DNA of 64,000 nt from Myxococcota bacterium (lineage in GTDB: Bacteria > Myxococcota_A > UBA9042 > PHBI01 > JAWLBL01): contig JAWLBL010000020.1 in assembly GCA_041687695.1 (NCBI GenBank), forward strand, positions 1 to 64,000, read 5' to 3'. The position numbers and the translations under genes are program-made. The stretch's first letter is position 1, and each line of letters starts with the position of its first letter. The notes under the pieces are model-generated. The model saw nothing but the letters and a program-made list of their open reading frames with translations. It was not told the origin of the DNA and did no database searches. Of the stretch, positions 21,609 through 34,612 are shown in pieces.

Positions 21609-22430
21609 TTAGCCAATCGCCCCGATCACCGCCAGCGCGATCCCGCCGACGCCCAGGGCGACGGCCCCGATCCGCAGCCACTTCGCGCTCGACTCGGCGC
21701 TCCGCACCAGCTCCTCCTCGCTCTTGAGCGACAGCAGGAAGGGCTTGTCCTTGTCGGCGGGCTTGCGCAGCACCAGGCCGTCGTCCGTGTCGGCCACCTC
21801 GCCCAGCGCGTACAGCGGCCGCCCGATGGGGAGCACGCGCTCGATGAAGCGGTAGCCGATGGTCCGCCGGTCCGAGCCCATGGACATGCCGAAGCCGCTG
21901 CCGACCGCCAGCCGCATCCCGCCGATGGCGAGCGAGGCCCCCTGCTCGACGGCGCTCGGCTGCTCGAAGCGATCGACGATGGTCTCGAGCTGGAGATCGG
22001 CCCCCTCGGGGCGCACGCGCAGGCGTCCGGTGCCGTCGTCCAGGTAGAAGGTGGCGTCCCGGCGGTTGCTGCTGACCGTCTCGGTCGACTTCGACCACTC
22101 GGTGCGGACGTTGCCCTGCGAGTCGCGCACCTCGCGGCGGGTCTCGATCTGCCGCTCGACCCGCGTCTCGTACAGGGCGACCGGCTGGTTGGACATCTCG
22201 CCCGTCACGGGCTGGTCGCACACGATCGTCCCCTTCAGCTCGACGAAGTCGCTGTAGCCCGAGCCGCCACCGCCGGGCATGTCGGCGGCGATCTCGGCCA
22301 CGAGGCCCTGGAGGTCGCCGACCCGGGAGGTCTCGGTGGCCTTCATCTCGAAGGCCTTGGACTCGCTCTTCTTGGAGAGGACGAAGAGCACGACGGCGAC
22401 GACGACTAAGATGAGCCCGACCCAAAGCAT
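21609..22430 (-). CDS. GIDE-domain membrane protein (no RING)
   Basis: N- and C-terminal TM; VELKG, FYLDDGTGRLRVRPEGA, GYRFIERVLPIGRPLYALG, PFLLS; GGAGG 8 nt before ATG 22430. Confidence 0.7.
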   Translation of the reverse strand: MLWVGLILVVVAVVLFVLSKKSESKAFEMKATETSRVGDLQGLVAEIAADMPGGGGSGYSDFVELKGTIVCDQPVTGEMSNQPVALYETRVERQIETRREVRDSQGNVRTEWSKSTETVSSNRRDATFYLDDGTGRLRVRPEGADLQLETIVDRFEQPSAVEQGASLAIGGMRLAVGSGFGMSMGSDRRTIGYRFIERVLPIGRPLYALGEVADTDDGLVLRKPADKDKPFLLSLKSEEELVRSAESSAKWLRIGAVALGVGGIALAVIGAIG

Positions 22431-22509
22431 TCCGGTTCCCTCCAAGCGTGACGGGGCGTGGTCGGGCTCATCCTACACGGGCGCGGTCGCGTCGCAACCC
22501 GGGCCCTGG

Positions 22510-23175
22510 GGCCGTGGGCCGTGGCGGAGGCCGAGAGCGTGGCCGTGGCGGAGGGCGAGACGGAGGCCGGGACCGTGGCGGAGGCCGTGAGCGTGGCCGT
22601 GGTGGAGGGCGAGACGGAGGCCGGGACCGTGGCGGAGGCCGAGCCCGTGGGCCGTGGCGGAGGCCGAGTCCGTGGGCCGTGGCGGAGGCCCTCGCCGTGG
22701 CCGTGGCGGAGGCGGGGACCGTGGCCGTGGCGGAGGCCGGGACCGTGGCCGTGGCGGAGTCCGTGGCCGTGGCGGAGGCCGAGTCCGTGGGCCGTGGCGG
22801 AGGCCGAGTCCGTGGGCCGTGGCGGAGGCCGAGTCCGTGGGCCGTGGCGGAGGCCGAGTCCGTGGGCCGTGGCGGAGGCCGAGTCCGTGGGCCGTGGCGG
22901 AAGCCGTGAGCGTTGCCGTGGCCGAGTCCGTGAGCGTTGCAGTGGCGGAGGCCGTGGCGGAGGCCGAGTCCGTGGGCCGTGGCGGAGGCCGGGACCGTGG
23001 CCGTGGCGGAGGCCGGGACCGTGGCCGTGGCGGAGGCCGGGACCGTGGCCGTGGCGGAGGCGGGGACCGTGGCCGTGGCGGAGGCCGGGACCGTGGCCGT
23101 GGCGGTGGCCGAGGTGGTGGCGGAGGTCGGGACCGTGGGCCGTGGCGGAGGCCGAGTCCGTGGCCGTGGCCGTGA
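22510..23175. repeat. about 670-bp minisatellite of mixed 24/25-bp units
   Basis: gccgtggcggaggccgagtccgtgg (period 25 at 22801, 22826, 22851, 22876) and gccgtggcggaggccgggaccgtg (period 24). Confidence 0.9.
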
Positions 23176-23565
23176 GGGGCGCGAAATTCTTCGGCTGGGG
23201 CTGGCATCGAGCAGGGGGCTCCGCTAGTCTCCCGGCCTCCGTTCTGGACGACCTCCCTCCCTCGCGAGCTTTCGACGCCGGCCGTCGGCTCGTGCGCGGG
23301 TCATCGTCGGCGGATGGCGTGGGGCGATAACGGACTCGAGGGTGACATCGATGTCATACCGGGGCCGTAAAGCGTCACCTCGGTGGGCGGTGCAACGCGC
23401 CGACGCGCAGGGCAATGAGCTGGGCTCATCGCTCGATTCCATGCGCCCCGGCGGCGATCCGCGGGCCTGTCCGCCTTGGCGTCGGCTGTGACGCTACGGC
23501 GTTGGATCCGTTATTGCACAAGGCCACCCCGGGCGCGGACCAACCCGCGCAGGAGGAAGAGTCCT

Positions 23566-25104
<1,539 letters not shown>

Positions 25105-25128
25105 CCGGACGGCGGTCCATTCGAAAGT

Positions 25129-25160
25129 GACGAAGGCGGGCCCGAGAGCCCGCCTTCGTC
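25129..25160. terminator. hairpin terminator between the convergent sigma and grpE genes
   Basis: GACGAAGGCGGGC-ccgaga-GCCCGCCTTCGTC, perfect 13-bp stem. Confidence 0.75.
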
Positions 25161-25185
25161 GTCTCGACCGCCCGATCGGGCGTGA

Positions 25186-25896
25186 TCACATCTTGCGGCC
25201 GACCTGCACCAGGGCCGGGCGGATCTCGCGGTCGCCCAGGCGGAAGCCCGCCTTGAGCGTCAGCACGACCCGGTTGTCCTGGGCCGCGTCCGTCACCGGG
25301 ACCAGGCCGAGCGCCTCCATGGTGTTCGGGTCGAAGGGCTCGCCCGTCGGCTCGTAGCGCTCGAGGCCCATCTCCTCCAGCGACTGGTGGAACTGACGCA
25401 GGACCATCTCGACGCCCTGCCGGAGCGACTCGAGCGAGCCGCCGGCGCGCGTCGCCTCGAGGCTGCGCTCGAGGTTGTCGGCGACGTCCAGGAAGCGCTC
25501 GACGAGGCGCCCGCGGGCCGCGTTCAGATCGTCCTCGCGGTCGCGCCGCATGCGCGCCTTGAAGGCCTCGAACTCGGCCTCGGCCTTCTTGTGCGCCCGG
25601 ATGTACTCGCGGAGCGTGGCGTCGCGCTCGGCGAGCTGCCGCTCGAGGCTGCGGATGCGCAGCTCGCGCGGGTCGGTCGGCGGCGGCGCCTCGGGGCGCG
25701 GCTCGGACTCCTTGCCGGCCTCGGGCTCGCTCTCGGCACCCGCCTCGGGCCCTTTGGTGCGATCGGTGGCCGCCTCGGCTTCGGCTCCGGTCGCCTCGGC
25801 GTCGTCCCCGCGCGGCTTGTCGGCCGCCTCGGGTGTCTGCTCCTGCTGCTCACCCGAGGCGGGCTCGGGCTCGCGACGATCGGTAGGTTCCGTCAT
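25186..25896 (-). CDS. grpE: nucleotide exchange factor GrpE
   Basis: AEFEAFKAR, FLDVADNLERSL, GEPFDPN..EA, GFRLGDREIRPALV.V. Confidence 0.9.
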   Translation of the reverse strand: MTEPTDRREPEPASGEQQEQTPEAADKPRGDDAEATGAEAEAATDRTKGPEAGAESEPEAGKESEPRPEAPPPTDPRELRIRSLERQLAERDATLREYIRAHKKAEAEFEAFKARMRRDREDDLNAARGRLVERFLDVADNLERSLEATRAGGSLESLRQGVEMVLRQFHQSLEEMGLERYEPTGEPFDPNTMEALGLVPVTDAAQDNRVVLTLKAGFRLGDREIRPALVQVGRKM

Positions 25897-26040
25897 GGCT
25901 TTCCTGAGAGGTAGGGCACAAGACGACGGGCGCCGACCCGCAAGGCGCGGGGACGTCCCCGCGCGCCCACACGTGGCGCCCGCCGCTCGCGAAGGTCAGG
26001 GCGGCTCCGGCGCGTCGCCGCGTCGGGGCCGCCGTTCACC

Positions 26041-27920
<1,880 letters not shown>

Positions 27921-27977
27921 GACGGCTCCTCCGAGAGCTCTCAACTGTATGATTTAATTGGGTAAAGCGGCCCGTGG

Positions 27978-28004
27978 TTGGCAGTCGGGGCGCTCGAGTG
28001 CCAC
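27978..28004 (-). promoter_or_regulatory. CIRCE element (HrcA operator)
   Basis: TTGGCAGTC-N9-GAGTGCCAC against consensus TTAGCACTC-N9-GAGTGCTAA, upstream of groES. Confidence 0.85.
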
Positions 28005-28110
28005 GAGACTAGGCACGCCCCGGAGGCCGGTCAATGGTCAAGACGCGAAAGTCGTCACGACCCGTGCGATAGGTCCGGCGGGGGGGACGCGTCGCGCGGG
28101 CCCGGGCGGT

Positions 28111-28923
28111 CTAGGGGTGCGCGGGCGCGGCGAGCCGGCCCTCGAGCCCCGCCGTGTCCTCGACCCCCAGGCGCGCGGCCTCGGCGAAGTGGCGGCGGGC
28201 CGCGTCGGCCTCGGCGGGCGTCATGGACAGCATGAAGGCCAGCGCGTAGTGCGCCTCTCCGTACTCGGGGTCGCGCTCGACCGCGCGCCGATAGTGCGCC
28301 GTGGCGGCCGGCGCGTCGAACCCGGTGTTCAGGGCGACGGCGCCCAGGACGCGGGCGGCCATGGGGCCGGCCTGGGCGTCCTCGAGCAGCGGCGTCGCCA
28401 GGCGCGCGGCCTCGGCGTAGTCGCGGAGCTCGCGGCGCGCCGTGAAGGCCAGGCGGAAGGCGCGCTCGAGGTCGCGCCGCGCGGCTTCGGGCAGCGCCTG
28501 AAGGCGCGGCGCGCGGCGGCGGAGCTCGGCCGCGCTGCCGGCGCCCTCGAGGGGCAGCGGGAGATCGCCCTGGGCCTCGACGGGTGGCGCGGCGGGCGGC
28601 GCTTGCGCCGAGGGCAGCGGCGGGTGGCCCGGCGGCAGGGCGCCCGCCGCGTTCGACGGGGCCGCGCCGTGGGCGCCGCCGCCCGCGAAGGAGGCGTGCA
28701 GGGCGTCGGTGGGCATGCGCGCGAGGTCGGCGGGTTTCCGGGTCGTCAGCGGGTGGTCGGCGCCGAGGTCGGCGGTGGCCTCCGGCTGGGGCGCGGGCGC
28801 GAGGCGCACGGCCTCGGTGGGCGTCGTCGGGCTCGGCGCGGGCGGCGTCGGCCGCTCCTGACAGGCCGCGCTGGGGACGGCGATGGAGGCGAAGGTGAAC
28901 AGCCGGATGAGGAACGTGCGCAC
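28111..28923 (-). CDS. lipoprotein with C-terminal TPR-like repeats
   Basis: SAAC lipobox-like site; LPPGHPPL; HYRRAVERDPEYGEAHYALA; start estimated. Confidence 0.6.
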   Translation of the reverse strand: MRTFLIRLFTFASIAVPSAACQERPTPPAPSPTTPTEAVRLAPAPQPEATADLGADHPLTTRKPADLARMPTDALHASFAGGGAHGAAPSNAAGALPPGHPPLPSAQAPPAAPPVEAQGDLPLPLEGAGSAAELRRRAPRLQALPEAARRDLERAFRLAFTARRELRDYAEAARLATPLLEDAQAGPMAARVLGAVALNTGFDAPAATAHYRRAVERDPEYGEAHYALAFMLSMTPAEADAARRHFAEAARLGVEDTAGLEGRLAAPAHP

Positions 28924-29076
28924 GCGAGCCACCCGCGGGGTCGTGGAGGGCAGGGCCGTCGTGGCTCCGCCGGGCGCGGATGTTCCCCCGGCCGGCGCGC
29001 CCGGGCAAGGGCGAGGTGACAACGTCCCGACGTCGGGCTACCTTGCCAGCCCAGTCGGCTTGTCGAGAGCGAGGGG

Positions 29077-30810
29077 ATGAACATGGGTCAGAGGGTCGAA
29101 TTCGCCGCACTTCCGGGCACGCGCTACGACCAGTACGTCCTGAAGCTGCAGTCGGTCGTGAGCTTCTTGCAGACGCCTGGGGCCGCCAAGTTCAAGCCGC
29201 TGCGCGATCAGCTGCGCAAGATGGGGCTGTGGGACAAGGACAAGGCCGAGGTGATGTTCTCGCTCGTGGACGTCACGTGGGACCGAAAGGACGTCCAGCT
29301 CGGTCGCCTCGCCCGCGCCATCGGCTCGGCCGGCTCGGACTCGGCCGTGCAGGATCTGCTGTATCGGCGCCTGTGCGACGCGAACATCCTGCTGGTCAAG
29401 TACGTGCTCGAGGCGCTCGACGTCGACAGCGGCGGCCGCCTGCACAGCGTGCACGAGCTGTATCGGATGATCACGAGCTACGTGTACCCCGGCGCGTACA
29501 TCACGCTGCCCAACTTCCAGGCCTGGATCGAGTGGCTGGCGGCGACCGGGTACATCAAGCTGGTCGGCATCCGCTGGGCGCTGAGCGACAAGGGCCTCAA
29601 GGTCCTGCCCGAGCTCAAATCGATGGACGTCGAGGAGATCCTCGAGGACCTCGAGGAGGAGGCGGAGGACGAGGGAGACGAGGACGAGGACGACGACGTC
29701 GACGCGCCCGACGAGGACGACGACGCGGGCGACGAGGACGCGACCCCGGCCGGCCCGGTCGCGACGCGGCCGGCGTCCACGGCGCGCCCGGTGGCCGCGC
29801 CCACCCCGGCCCCAGCCAAGGCCCGGGCGGCGGCCGCCCCTGACGACGAGCTCGACGACGAGTGGGCGGACCTGCCGCCCGAGCCCGAGCCGCCGTCCGC
29901 CAACGAGCTGGCCGCCGCGCAGGCCGCCTTCGAGGCCCGCTTCGCCGACGTCGCCGTCGCCGAGGCCGAGCCGCCCGAGCCCGAGGCGAGCGCGGCGACC
30001 GGCCGGCCCGTCAGCCACGGCGCGGTCGGCCTGCACGCGCCGCTGCCCAACCTGGCCGCGGCGTACAGCCCGGCGGTCATCGCGGCCAGCGCCGAGGCGC
30101 GGGTCGTCGCCGAGCAGCTCGTGGGCTGGTGGAAGGCGCTGGGGGACTGGCCGGCGCTCACCGCGGCCGACCTGGGTGTCGAGGTCGAGCCGCCCAAGCC
30201 CGACCCGCGGCTGCTGCTCGAGCTGTCGGTCCTGGCCGTGCTGGTCGAGGGGCAGCGCCCGCGCCCGCAGGTCTTCGCGTTCGTCGGACGGCTGATGGAC
30301 GCCGGCTTCTTCGACGCCTTCGAGCAGGGCGGCCTCGGGCCGGCGCTCGAGCGCCTCGGAGACTGGGACGGGCAGCCGTGGATGCGCCCGTTCGTCGAGC
30401 GCCTCGTCCACGCGGCTGCACTCGGCCAGCGCATCGCGGACGCCCCGGAGCTGCTCGAGCAGCTGCGCGACGTGACCAGCGGCCGCGAGGCCATCGGCGT
30501 GCTGCGCGGGGCCCTGTTCGGGGAGCGCTGGGTCGAGGCGCCGTTCTGGACGCTGCGCGAGCTGCTGCGGCTGGGCGTCCTCGAGGAGCCCGAGCTGGCG
30601 TCGGCGGCGGTCGTGCCCTCGCGGCGGCTGGTAGCCAACGCCTACCGTGTCGGCCTCGTGCCGCGGCCCGAGGTGACCTCGTTCGAGGGGCTGCTGCAGG
30701 TGGCCGAGGCCACGGCGGCGCTGTTCGGCGAGACGGGCGCGGCCGCGTCGGGCTACGGCGAGGCGCTCGAGGTGATGGACCGCGGGCTGGGTCTGGAGAC
30801 GGCGGACTGA
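29077..30810 (+). CDS. hypothetical protein (winged-helix-like N-terminal part, acidic linker, helical C-terminal domain)
   Basis: Long ORF with strong codon bias; WLAATGYIKLVGIRWALSDKG resembles a wHTH wing; D/E tract. Confidence 0.75.
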   Translation: MNMGQRVEFAALPGTRYDQYVLKLQSVVSFLQTPGAAKFKPLRDQLRKMGLWDKDKAEVMFSLVDVTWDRKDVQLGRLARAIGSAGSDSAVQDLLYRRLCDANILLVKYVLEALDVDSGGRLHSVHELYRMITSYVYPGAYITLPNFQAWIEWLAATGYIKLVGIRWALSDKGLKVLPELKSMDVEEILEDLEEEAEDEGDEDEDDDVDAPDEDDDAGDEDATPAGPVATRPASTARPVAAPTPAPAKARAAAAPDDELDDEWADLPPEPEPPSANELAAAQAAFEARFADVAVAEAEPPEPEASAATGRPVSHGAVGLHAPLPNLAAAYSPAVIAASAEARVVAEQLVGWWKALGDWPALTAADLGVEVEPPKPDPRLLLELSVLAVLVEGQRPRPQVFAFVGRLMDAGFFDAFEQGGLGPALERLGDWDGQPWMRPFVERLVHAAALGQRIADAPELLEQLRDVTSGREAIGVLRGALFGERWVEAPFWTLRELLRLGVLEEPELASAAVVPSRRLVANAYRVGLVPRPEVTSFEGLLQVAEATAALFGETGAAASGYGEALEVMDRGLGLETAD

Positions 30811-31031
30811 CCGTAGGGTCTGGAGACGGCGGACTGACCGTAGGGTCTGGAGACGGCGGACTGACCGTAGGGTCTGGAGACGGCGGACTGACCGGAGGGT
30901 CTGGAGACGGCGGACTGACCGGAGGGTCTGGAGACGGCGGACGGACCGGAGGGGCTGGAGACGGCGGACGGACCGGAGGGTCTGGAGACTGCGGACGGAC
31001 CGGAGGGGCTGGAGACGGGGGACTGACCGGA
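30789..31031. repeat. 9 x 27-bp tandem repeat
   Basis: Unit gggtctggagacggcggactgaccgta; the first copy contains the stop codon of the upstream gene. Confidence 0.9.
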
Positions 31032-31116
31032 GGGCTGCGTCAGTCGCTGGAGGCGAGCGTTGCGGCGCCGCTCCCCAGGCGGGGAGGGGCCCGACGCGTG
31101 GCGGCGTGGCGCGACC

Positions 31117-31824
31117 TCACCAGGAGGTGTTCACCGCGTAGTGACCGGCCTTGGTGTCGATGCTGAGCCAGCTGTAGGCGCCCTCGGCGCACGAGCCGCT
31201 GTTGAGGAACAGGCGGTCGCCGTGCTCGGCGCGGGTGCCCATGTGGGTGTGGCCCGTCACGATGACGTCCGCGTCGCGGCGCTTGGCGAGGCCGACGGCC
31301 CAGCTCTGGAAGCTACAGATCTTGGGGTCGATCTTGGCGCCGCGGATGAGGAAGTCGAGCTTCTCGAACATGCGGAACATCGGCCGCATCCCGAGGCGCA
31401 GCAGCCATCCGCCCGCCCAGACGCTCCACTCGGAGAACGAGCGCGCGCGGCGCAGCAGCCAGTCGTAGCCGTGGCCGTGCTGGAAGAGCAGGCGCGTCCC
31501 GTCGACGTTGAGGTACAGCTCGCTCGGCGCGGCCCCGACCTGCCCGGCGACGAGGTCGTGGTTGCCGTGGATGTAGGTGTAAGGCGGACGCTCGAAGCGG
31601 CGCACGATCTCGGGGTGAGCCTGCATGCACGCCTTCAGCTCGTCGGCCTGGGCGAACGGCTTCGGGCTGGTCAGCGTCTCATAGACGTCGCCGAGCAGCA
31701 CGATGCGCTCGAAGTTGGCCTCGAGGAAGGTGAGGAACCGCAGGAACTCGGCCTCGTCATGGCCGAAGAGGTCCGCCGCGTCGCCACGCCCCAGGTGGAG
31801 GTCGGAAATGACGGCGACTTTCAT
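31117..31824 (-). CDS. calcineurin-like metallophosphoesterase (LpxH-like)
   Basis: ISDLHLG, LLGDVYE, HGNHD, QHGH, TGHTH, NSGS. Confidence 0.88.
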   Translation of the reverse strand: MKVAVISDLHLGRGDAADLFGHDEAEFLRFLTFLEANFERIVLLGDVYETLTSPKPFAQADELKACMQAHPEIVRRFERPPYTYIHGNHDLVAGQVGAAPSELYLNVDGTRLLFQHGHGYDWLLRRARSFSEWSVWAGGWLLRLGMRPMFRMFEKLDFLIRGAKIDPKICSFQSWAVGLAKRRDADVIVTGHTHMGTRAEHGDRLFLNSGSCAEGAYSWLSIDTKAGHYAVNTSW

Positions 31825-32203
31825 GGGTACACTGCTCCCGTTCCGCTGCACGGAGTCCACCGGAGCACATCAGCGGGATGCGCGCTCCGGCCGGGAGGAT
31901 TCGTGGAGTGCGAAGCCGGTTTCGCACCCTCATCGTCATGTCCTCTTGCCTTTGAAGGTAAGGGCCTGGATCTGTCGAGGCAAGGCGGCGGACGCGCACG
32001 AGGAGCGCACCACCGCTGGCCGAAACGGGCGAAGGCTTGGTATTTCGGGCACTTGGTTCGCGTCGCGAGGTGCGAAAAAACTTTCGCACCCGCCCCGGGC
32101 GCCGACGGCCGAAGGATCGCGCGCGGCGGTGTGGACTCCTCCCCACGGAGCTACGCGGCCCGCCGCCGCTGCGTCTGTCCACTTCTGGCGCGCGGCGCGT
32201 CCC

Positions 32204-32935
32204 TCAGAGGAAGCGGCGGAGCGACTCGACCTCGGCCTCGCTGAGGAAGCGGTATTCACCGAGCGCGAGCCCCGCGGCGTCGACGGTGCCGAAGCTGACG
32301 CGCCGGAGCCGGGTCACCGAGTGTCCGACCGCCTCGAGGATGCGGTGGACGTGGCGGTTTTTGCCCTCGAACAGCGTGACGCGAAGCCAGTCGTGCTTGG
32401 ACGTGGTCGGGATGCGATCGACCGCGACCGGCCGGGTGGGGCGGTCGTCGAGCGGGATGCCGCGCTCGAGGCGGCGCTGCTCGTCGGGCGTCAGGCGGCC
32501 GCGGATCTTGACCTCGTAGACGCGCGGGACCGCCGAGTCGGGGCGCATGAGCCCCTGGGCCAGGTCCCCGTCCGAGGTCATGACGAGCACGCCCTCGGTG
32601 TTGATGTCGAGGCGGCCGACGTAGGCGAGGTGCGGCAGCTCGGCGGGGAGCAGGTCGTAGATGGTGCGGCGGCCCTCGGGATCCTTCTTGGTGCAGATGA
32701 TTCCGGTGGGCTTGTTCAGCACGATGGCGATGGCCGACGAGGGGACGCTGACCTCGTGCCCGTCGACGCTGATGCGGTCCTTGGGGCCGACCGAGGTGCC
32801 GACCTCGGTGACGACGCGGCCGTTCACCTTGACCCGCCCCTGGGCGATGAGGGCCTCGCTGGCGCGGCGTGAGGCGACGCCCAGCTGGGCCATGCGCTTG
32901 TGGAGGCGGACGCGGTCGGTCGAAGAGGTCGTCAT
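32204..32935 (-). CDS. rluB: S4-domain pseudouridine synthase (RluB/RsuA family)
   Basis: RLHKRMAQLGVASRR, LNKPTG, VGRLDINTEG, EGKNRHVHR, RLRRVSFG. Confidence 0.85.
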   Translation of the reverse strand: MTTSSTDRVRLHKRMAQLGVASRRASEALIAQGRVKVNGRVVTEVGTSVGPKDRISVDGHEVSVPSSAIAIVLNKPTGIICTKKDPEGRRTIYDLLPAELPHLAYVGRLDINTEGVLVMTSDGDLAQGLMRPDSAVPRVYEVKIRGRLTPDEQRRLERGIPLDDRPTRPVAVDRIPTTSKHDWLRVTLFEGKNRHVHRILEAVGHSVTRLRRVSFGTVDAAGLALGEYRFLSEAEVESLRRFL

Positions 32936-33573
32936 CAGTTGAACAGGCTCAGCAAGGAGTGCGAGATGGCCATCATCGGCGGCCCGAGGAGGCGCCCGCC
33001 ATACCAGAAGACCAGGATGAAGGCGACCGGAACCACCCAGGGGCGGCTTTCGAAGAAGCGCAGCATGGCGTTGGCGCGGTCCGGGAGCAGGCCGTAGGCG
33101 ACCTTGCTGCCGTCGAGCGGCGGGACGGGCAGCATGTTGAACAGGAACAGGGTCACGTTGAGGGTGACCATGATGACCAGCAGGTGCTGGGCGGCCTCGT
33201 TGCCGGACGCGAAGGCGAAGAGGACGGCGGCGATGAGCGCCAGGACGAGGTTCGACACCGGGCCGGCGATGGCCGTCAGCAGCACGCCGTGCTTCATGCG
33301 GATCTTGCGCGAGAAGTTCGTCGGGTTGAAGGGCACCGGCTTGGCCCAGCCGAAGAACAGGCCCGAGCCGCTGAGGACGAGCAGCCCCGGGATGAGCAGC
33401 GTCCCGATGGGGTCGATGTGGCTGATGGGGTTGAGCGTCAGGCGGCCCTGTCGCTGGGCCGTGTCGTCGCCGAGGGCGCGCGCGGTGGCGGCGTGCGCCC
33501 ACTCGTGGACGGCGAGGCTCAGGATGAGCGGGACCAGGACGAGGACCAGGTTTTGAAGCAGCTCAGGGGTCAT
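32935..33573 (-). CDS. site-2 protease (peptidase M50)
   Basis: HEWAH, GRLTLNP..HIDP.G, AGPVSN, FNMLPVPPLDG. Confidence 0.93.
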   Translation of the reverse strand: MTPELLQNLVLVLVPLILSLAVHEWAHAATARALGDDTAQRQGRLTLNPISHIDPIGTLLIPGLLVLSGSGLFFGWAKPVPFNPTNFSRKIRMKHGVLLTAIAGPVSNLVLALIAAVLFAFASGNEAAQHLLVIMVTLNVTLFLFNMLPVPPLDGSKVAYGLLPDRANAMLRFFESRPWVVPVAFILVFWYGGRLLGPPMMAISHSLLSLFN

Positions 33574-33629
33574 GCCAGGCGCCTTGGGCGAGGAGTGGCC
33601 GGGAGCATAGGCACCGCATGGCCGCCGGT

Positions 33630-34559
33630 CTACTCGTCGTCGCGCGAGGCGGGGCGCGACAGCGGGTGGGCGCGGTCGTAGGCGTCGCGGATGGCCCGCT
33701 GGGAGACGTGGGTGTAGATCTGCGTGGTCGCGAGATCGGCGTGGCCGAGCATGGCCTGGACGCTGCGGAGGTCGGCGCCGCCGTCGAGCAGGTGCGTGGC
33801 GAAGCTGTGGCGCAGCTTGTGCGGGCTGATGCGGTCGCTCAGGCCCATCTCGTTCACATAGCGCTTGAGGTTCTTCCAGAAGCCCTGGCGCGTCAGGCCG
33901 GCGCCGCGCGCCGTGATGAACAGCGCGGTCGGCAGGCGGCGCAGGCCGCGGCGCGTGGCCCGGTCGAGCAGCTCGGGGCGCCCGCGCTCGAGCCAGGCGC
34001 GAACCCGGGCGATGGCGTGCTCGCCGACGGGCACGACGCGCGTCTTGTTGCCCTTGCCGGTGGCGCGCACCATGCCGCGGTCGAGGTCGAGGTCGCCCAG
34101 TCGCAGCCCCACCAGCTCGGAGACCCGCAGCCCGGTGCCGTACAGCAGCTCCAGCATCGCGGCGTCGCGCAGCGCGCGCGGGTCCTCGCCCTGTGGGGCG
34201 TCGACCAGGCGGACGGCCTCGGGCGGGCTGAGCACCACCGGCAGCGGGCGGCCGAGGCGCGGCGCCGGGACCAGGGCGGACGGGTCGTCCGGGCGCAGGC
34301 GCTCGCGCACCAGGAACTTGCAGAAGGTGCGGACGGCGCTGAGCGCGCGGGCGGTCGAGCGGGCGGACAGCCCCACCTCGTCGCGCAGCCAGGCGACGAA
34401 GCGCTCGAGCTCCGCGCGCCCGAGGGCCTCGGGCCCGGCGCCCTCGGGCACGAAGTCGAGGAGCCGACGCAGGTCGCGCGCGTAACCGTCGAGCGTGTGG
34501 GCGCTGAGGCCGCGCTCGAGCTGGAGGTGGACCAGGAAGGCGTCGACGGCGGACTGCAC
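33630..34559 (-). CDS. xerD: tyrosine recombinase XerD
   Basis: ERGLSAHT..Y, RD.AMLELLYGTGLRVSELV, GKGNKTR, SPHKLRHSFATHLL, MLGHADLATTQIYTHV; start estimated. Confidence 0.92.
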   Translation of the reverse strand: MQSAVDAFLVHLQLERGLSAHTLDGYARDLRRLLDFVPEGAGPEALGRAELERFVAWLRDEVGLSARSTARALSAVRTFCKFLVRERLRPDDPSALVPAPRLGRPLPVVLSPPEAVRLVDAPQGEDPRALRDAAMLELLYGTGLRVSELVGLRLGDLDLDRGMVRATGKGNKTRVVPVGEHAIARVRAWLERGRPELLDRATRRGLRRLPTALFITARGAGLTRQGFWKNLKRYVNEMGLSDRISPHKLRHSFATHLLDGGADLRSVQAMLGHADLATTQIYTHVSQRAIRDAYDRAHPLSRPASRDDE

Positions 34560-34612
34560 CGGGCGACTGTCGCCCGGCGGCCGGTCGCGCGCCAGTTTCG
34601 CAGCCGTCGCGC

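Noticed and set aside
22448..23330. ORFs over the minisatellite (VAVAEA, PWRRP, GRGGG repeats)
   Set aside because: Products of the repeat; 25-bp units keep switching frames and no RBS is evident
30789..31031. CRISPR array
   Set aside because: Units are contiguous with no unique spacers, and no cas genes are present
33630..34559. Phage or island integrase
   Set aside because: XerD-type motifs and housekeeping context (site-2 protease, rluB); no att sites or cargo
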